Origin: Promethearchaeota archaeon | Lineage (GTDB): Archaea; Asgardarchaeota; Lokiarchaeia; Sigyniarchaeales; SOKP01 | Length of the DNA: 31,827 nucleotides | Direction of reading: 5' to 3' | Assembly: GCA_048938005.1 (NCBI GenBank) | Contig: JBHLMQ010000036.1 | Location: forward strand, 1-31,827 | Shown here: positions 28,401 to 31,827 of the stretch, one piece after another | Layout: every line of letters begins with the position of its first letter | Numbering within the stretch: the stretch's first letter is position 1 | The notes under the pieces: model-generated | What the model was told of the DNA's origin: nothing | The model's input: the letters and a program-made list of their open reading frames with translations, nothing else | The model's database searches: none | Made by a program: the position numbers and the translations under genes

Positions 28401-29304
28401 AGTTACCATGGAGAGAATGGAACGAAAAAAGTATGAACTTATTTATAAAGATTTGGTTAAAGAATATACTAAAGTTCAAAGAAGAGAATGCAGGGTTGGT
28501 ATTGCCCAAATAGGTGTATCCGAGTCTGGAGATATAATGGATGAACTTTATGAAATGAGTCCTTCAGGTCTGTTAAAAATAAAAGAAAATAGGATTGAAA
28601 AAACAATATCTCAAGTTAAAGTCATGATTGAAAAAGCGCACAATGAAGGAGTCAATATATTACTCTTTCCAGAAATGACTATTGATCTGAACTATGGGGA
28701 AGTTTTTAAAGAAATTGCAGATCAAGCTAAATTGTATGAGATGTATATTGTTCCAGGTTCTTTTCATGAAGCAGAAACGAAACGAAATATTAGTATGGTT
28801 TTTGGACCAGAGGGTATTCTTTGGGAACAAGAGAAACATATTCCCGCAACTATAAGCTTCGAGGCGGGAAAGCAATTCAAAGAGGGAATAGAAGTTAGCA
28901 GTTTACCTCGAAGAACAATTATTTGCAATACGGAATATGGAAGAATAGCTATTGCGATTTGTCGAGACTTTCTTGACATGGACTTAAGGGTAGAATTAAA
29001 AAATTCCGAGCCTCCTATAGATATAATTCTAAATCCCGCATTTACGCCAGTAACTGCAGATTTTAAAGCAGCCCATTTTGATGCCCGTCGATCCATTTAT
29101 GCCTATTCATTTTTTGCTAATATTGGAGAATATGGAGAATCCCTTATTTATACTCCAGAAAAAGACCGGACTGAACGAATTATCCCAGCAAAAGAAGAAG
29201 GATTGATTTTCAAAGATATAGATCTATTCAAGCTGCGTTCTGAACGTAAAAAGTGGGAAAAAGAACAGGGTAAAAAACGATTATTTATTCAAAGCACAAG
29301 ATAA
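25438..29304 (+). CDS. 1288-aa TPR-like alpha-solenoid protein with C-terminal carbon-nitrogen hydrolase (nitrilase) domain
   Basis: About 950 aa of helical repeats, a Ser/Pro linker, then RVGIAQ, LLFPE (Glu), QEKHIP (Lys) and IAICRD (Cys), i.e. a complete E-K-C triad. Confidence 0.9.
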   Translation: MSLLNESGLSLLEKAREHRKEYNWLEAVRFFDQAVDYYIDKKDPEKVLEICVELFVYGNFYFATVSTTKQLIAVFSLELKIFEKCESFYKQLGKKAEELECTAIKLLFNISSQIPIVEADKMIDKSIEIYNKLNEIYKEEKKEEVIVRIALGKIGAMHIKTMFDPNPQEIKNFSQKYIELFEKGWEISRDIRNVNYLIYFLYFMTYWFINNQYGFFSYDKHIQARRHRDLIVKCEEALRIIDDTNYEDILFLGVLHSLIGILYSEYAFKICENDIEQRKYFDKGMNFLEISLDNTRKTKDKNTLMYAIGGLSRYALLSGKIMYLQNRITKDLQDSERAGKIFVEYFEQKSSLGIIIAAILFQLYYLPSLYYSNTALMSFFTSFQRISYAKKAIDYSLKNLKMIPILDKYSYLALTVSYAVLAKLTSSKEEQNQYIEKMLNYAKVANKLGEKYEGGQVRTFGYGSLYRAYKTIADIAENEEKKIIMLTSAIDSAEKYMDYATESRAGVIAALMRLGLLYEELGILTKDNHKLLNSKEKLLEAIRGSLERGYYSYAGTTYEYVARIEDRLGNHTASAEYYLNVQENHEKSLESIEYRLLKKRITEKIDYAHAWNLIEKAKAHHRNENHLKAKESYEKSSEILQKIPRYSFEGSYNAAWALLEEAELLSKQERQKEAINQYKLTIQAFEEAIIILENALEKAEGQPERERIDKLQKVAKVRISYCNARINLEEARILGKTGDHSTASEKFAIAASVFRGVCTRYKLERERKELEAIYYLCRAWESMELAEKFEEPERFEYSANLFTKASNLFIDTKLKLLALGNSAFCQALELSCKFDQSMNIRIKTELYPKVKLMLSNAASSYGKSGFENVADWALATSIYFDAAWHLIQADKELDINEKGRLLGIGSNYLKSALELFNKAGYKNKVVEVQDRLNRVEKEESILFSALNTIKEPSISRSTIGIVAPSCPIESSQSPRLGEARQFTEEELRVTMERMERKKYELIYKDLVKEYTKVQRRECRVGIAQIGVSESGDIMDELYEMSPSGLLKIKENRIEKTISQVKVMIEKAHNEGVNILLFPEMTIDLNYGEVFKEIADQAKLYEMYIVPGSFHEAETKRNISMVFGPEGILWEQEKHIPATISFEAGKQFKEGIEVSSLPRRTIICNTEYGRIAIAICRDFLDMDLRVELKNSEPPIDIILNPAFTPVTADFKAAHFDARRSIYAYSFFANIGEYGESLIYTPEKDRTERIIPAKEEGLIFKDIDLFKLRSERKKWEKEQGKKRLFIQSTR

Positions 29305-29329
29305 GACTAGTGCGCTGACTATTTTTCTA

Positions 29330-29409
29330 AAAAAGTAAAATATTATAAATTGAACTAAATGTTTATTAATTATTCAAAGTAATTAATATTAGACAGTTAA
29401 GGTCGAAAT
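29330..29409 (+). promoter_or_regulatory. Conserved upstream element, copy 2
   Basis: AAAAAGTAAAATATTATAAATTGAACTAAATGTTTATTAATTAT...TATTAGACAGTTAAGGTCGAAAT; 39/44 identical to copy 1 in the first block. Confidence 0.7.
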
Positions 29410-29440
29410 AGAACACAAACAATTCTATAATTGATCCTAA

Positions 29441-31827
29441 ATGACTTTAGCGGAAACTGAAGAGTCACTATTAGATAAGGCAAGAGAGGAGGAAAGAAAG
29501 TACAATTGGATTGAAGCAACAGCGTTATATGAAAAAGTTGTCAAATTCTATTTAGAGAAAAATCTAGTTGAAAAAGCTGCTAATTGTTATAAAAATCTTG
29601 GATATGCTCACTTCAGAGGTGCTGATACGATAGAAACTGCGGAGGATTATTTGAAACAACTTAAGTGTGCTATTAAAGCGTACAAAGAGGCAAATAAGCT
29701 CTTTAAGCAACTTGGAAATAGATCTGTAGAGTTTGAGTGCGAAGCAGAAATATTTTCTATAAATGGGATTCTCGCAACTTCTGATGTGGAAGGTCAGAAG
29801 GCATTTCTTCATGTGATTAAACTTTTAAGTGAATCAAGTGAGATATATTCCAAAGAAGGTGATAAAGAGAGTTTTGCGAGAGTAATGTGCCGTATAGCGT
29901 CAACTTCGTATTTCCTCATGAACTATAACATTAATCAAGATGAATATAACCAAGTTATCCAACAAGGAAGTGAATGTGCTGATAAAGCTTGGGAGATTTC
30001 AGAAAAGATTGGAAATATTCAGCTTATGTCTGAGTCATTGAATATGAGACTTATGATTAGTTTTATGGGATGGTCAGTCAAAGATTTTAAAAAAAATGAA
30101 AATTTGAGGGAGGGAGCAAAGAATTTCTTGGTAGAAGGTAATAAAACTATTGCGATTATTGAAAAAGTAGATGATCCTTATGCCCTCAGTCTAGTTTATT
30201 CAGCAATAGGGATTTGTTATTGCTACACTGGATATCAATTCGTCGAAGATGAAAAAGAACAAGAGGAATACCTTGATAAGGGAATAGAATTACTAGAGAA
30301 ATCGTTAAATTTTTCCAGAAAAGCGAAAAGTAAATTTAACGTACTAGGAAGTTTGTTTTTCATAGATTACTTTGCACTTTTTAGTGGCAGAATCAATTAT
30401 CTCCAGAAGAGAATTCTTAATGACATCAAAGACTGTTTGGAATTAGGGAAGATTTATGCACATTCTTATAATTTTTATCGTTCTATGGGAAATATTATAC
30501 CTGCGCTTTATTATACTAATTCTTCACAGAGGAGTTTTTTTACTGCAGCACAACGCAAAATTTATGCTGAAAAAGGGCTCCAATATGTAAAGGAAGCAAT
30601 GAGTGTACCTAATTACCCCAGTATTACAGCATGGTTATACCAAGGTTTGATATTAGCTTACTCTCAACTTACAATTCTCGCAGAATCAAAAACAAAACAA
30701 GAAGAATATGCCCAAATTATGCTTCAACATGCAAAACAGGCAGAACAATTCGGTTTAAAATATGAAGGAGGATTTCCTCAGGCTGGTGGTTATACAAGTC
30801 TTTATAAGGCTTATAAAACACTTGCAGATATCGCTAAAGAGAAGGAAGAAAGGATCAAAAACCTTAAAAAGGCAATAAAAGCCCAAAAAAAATCAACCAG
30901 TTACGGTATATTATCTCGGTCTGGTGCCATTACGGAGCAAATGAGGTTAGGACTATTATATGAGGAATTAGGGATTATAACGGGAGAAGAAACTATTTTA
31001 AATCAAGCACGGGAAATTTTTCTCCACACAATAAAAGAGAGTGTTGATAGAAGATATTATTCTTATGAAGCGGCGAGTTATCAATATATAGCTCGTATAG
31101 AAGATCGATTGGGTAATTATATGGTTTCTGCAGAAAATTATAAGAAAGCTCAAGAAGCATATAATAAGTCGTTGAAAATGATAAAATACAAACTTCTAAA
31201 AAAGAGAATCAATGAGAAATTTAATTATGTGAGGGCTTGGAATTTAATAGAAGAAGCTAAATCGTTTCATGTTCGAGAAAATCACATAAAAGCTAAGGAA
31301 TTCTATAAGAAAGCTTATGACATACTAATAGAATTACCAAGTTTCGGTTATGAAGCATCTTATTATTCTGGATGGATATCATTGGAAGAAGCAGAAAAAC
31401 TAAGCAAACAAGAAGAGCACGAAAGAGCTATAGAAAGCTTTAAAAAGACAGGAAAAATCTTTGAAAAAGCAATTGGAACATTAATAAAATCCCATCAGAA
31501 ATCAAGAGAAAAATTTGAAAAAGAGAGAATAAATAAGTTTGAAAAAATAGCTCAAGTAAGAGTGAATCATTGTAATGCGAGAATAAACCTTGAAGAAGCA
31601 AGGATATTAGGAAAAGAAGGTGAACATATAGCAGCAGCAGAAAAATTTGCGCTAGCATCCTCTCAATTCAGAGATATATGTATTTTATTTAAAATTAAAC
31701 GAGAACGAGAGGAGTTAGAAGCGGTTTACTATCTGTGCAGAGCTTGGGAAAATATGGAACTTGCTGAAAAATATGAAGATCCTTACAGATTTTCCGAAGC
31801 AGCAGGATTGTTTGCAAAAGCAAGTGA
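29441..31827 (+). CDS. Tandem paralog of the 1288-aa solenoid protein, 3'-truncated by window edge (not in ORF track)
   Basis: ATG 29441, open for 795 codons to the window end. Starts MTLAETEESLLDKAREEERKYNWIEA. Shares KYEGG, AYKT.ADIA, MRLGLLYEELGI, ARIEDRLGN, AWNLIE, CNARINLEEARILGK and YYLCRAWE.MELAEK with the upstream gene. Confidence 0.92.
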   Translation, partial: MTLAETEESLLDKAREEERKYNWIEATALYEKVVKFYLEKNLVEKAANCYKNLGYAHFRGADTIETAEDYLKQLKCAIKAYKEANKLFKQLGNRSVEFECEAEIFSINGILATSDVEGQKAFLHVIKLLSESSEIYSKEGDKESFARVMCRIASTSYFLMNYNINQDEYNQVIQQGSECADKAWEISEKIGNIQLMSESLNMRLMISFMGWSVKDFKKNENLREGAKNFLVEGNKTIAIIEKVDDPYALSLVYSAIGICYCYTGYQFVEDEKEQEEYLDKGIELLEKSLNFSRKAKSKFNVLGSLFFIDYFALFSGRINYLQKRILNDIKDCLELGKIYAHSYNFYRSMGNIIPALYYTNSSQRSFFTAAQRKIYAEKGLQYVKEAMSVPNYPSITAWLYQGLILAYSQLTILAESKTKQEEYAQIMLQHAKQAEQFGLKYEGGFPQAGGYTSLYKAYKTLADIAKEKEERIKNLKKAIKAQKKSTSYGILSRSGAITEQMRLGLLYEELGIITGEETILNQAREIFLHTIKESVDRRYYSYEAASYQYIARIEDRLGNYMVSAENYKKAQEAYNKSLKMIKYKLLKKRINEKFNYVRAWNLIEEAKSFHVRENHIKAKEFYKKAYDILIELPSFGYEASYYSGWISLEEAEKLSKQEEHERAIESFKKTGKIFEKAIGTLIKSHQKSREKFEKERINKFEKIAQVRVNHCNARINLEEARILGKEGEHIAAAEKFALASSQFRDICILFKIKREREELEAVYYLCRAWENMELAEKYEDPYRFSEAAGLFAKAS

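Noticed and set aside
26172-31658. Minus-strand ORFs 26172, 28660, 28764, 29564 and 31440
   Set aside because: Antisense to the two giant paralogs.
25438-31827. Diversity-generating retroelement or CRISPR explanation for the repeats
   Set aside because: No reverse transcriptase, no near-identical repeat pair with adenine-specific mismatches, and no regularly spaced repeats seen in the window.
31825-31827. Terminal TGA as stop of the last gene
   Set aside because: Out of frame: the reading is GCA AGT GA-, so the gene continues past the window.

Overview
AT-rich archaeal chromosomal segment, most consistent with an Asgard archaeon (Lokiarchaeia-like). This assignment is inferred from the archaeal type-A RNase P RNA, GGAGGTGA/GGTGA ribosome-binding sites, short-form DnaK and large TPR-solenoid proteins. 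In order it holds: a partial SDR; a LutA/LutB-like Fe-S pair; a divergent B12-dependent acyl-CoA mutase operon (large subunit with isobutyryl-CoA-mutase residues, B12 subunit, MeaB) and a YdjC deacetylase; a Zn-ribbon protein; a TPR protein with a Not4-like C4C4 RING whose frame extends to a non-canonical ATA start; grpE divergent from dnaK-dnaJ-NTPase; an unannotated 38-aa rubredoxin-like protein; a Cys-rich protein; an SPFH protein; a rubrerythrin that has lost its di-iron ligands but has three rubredoxin domains; a methyltransferase; the RNase P RNA gene; a GNAT; a GlcD/GlcF-like pair and another CCG protein; a membrane pyrophosphatase with an altered ion gate; and two tandem paralogous giant helical-repeat genes sharing a conserved upstream element, the complete one ending in an intact nitrilase domain. 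The best candidates for undescribed systems are the tandem solenoid-nitrilase array, the TPR-RING next to the Hsp70 machinery, the pseudo-rubrerythrin and the variant pyrophosphatase. No mobile elements, tRNAs, rRNAs or CRISPR arrays were seen. All alignments were done by eye.
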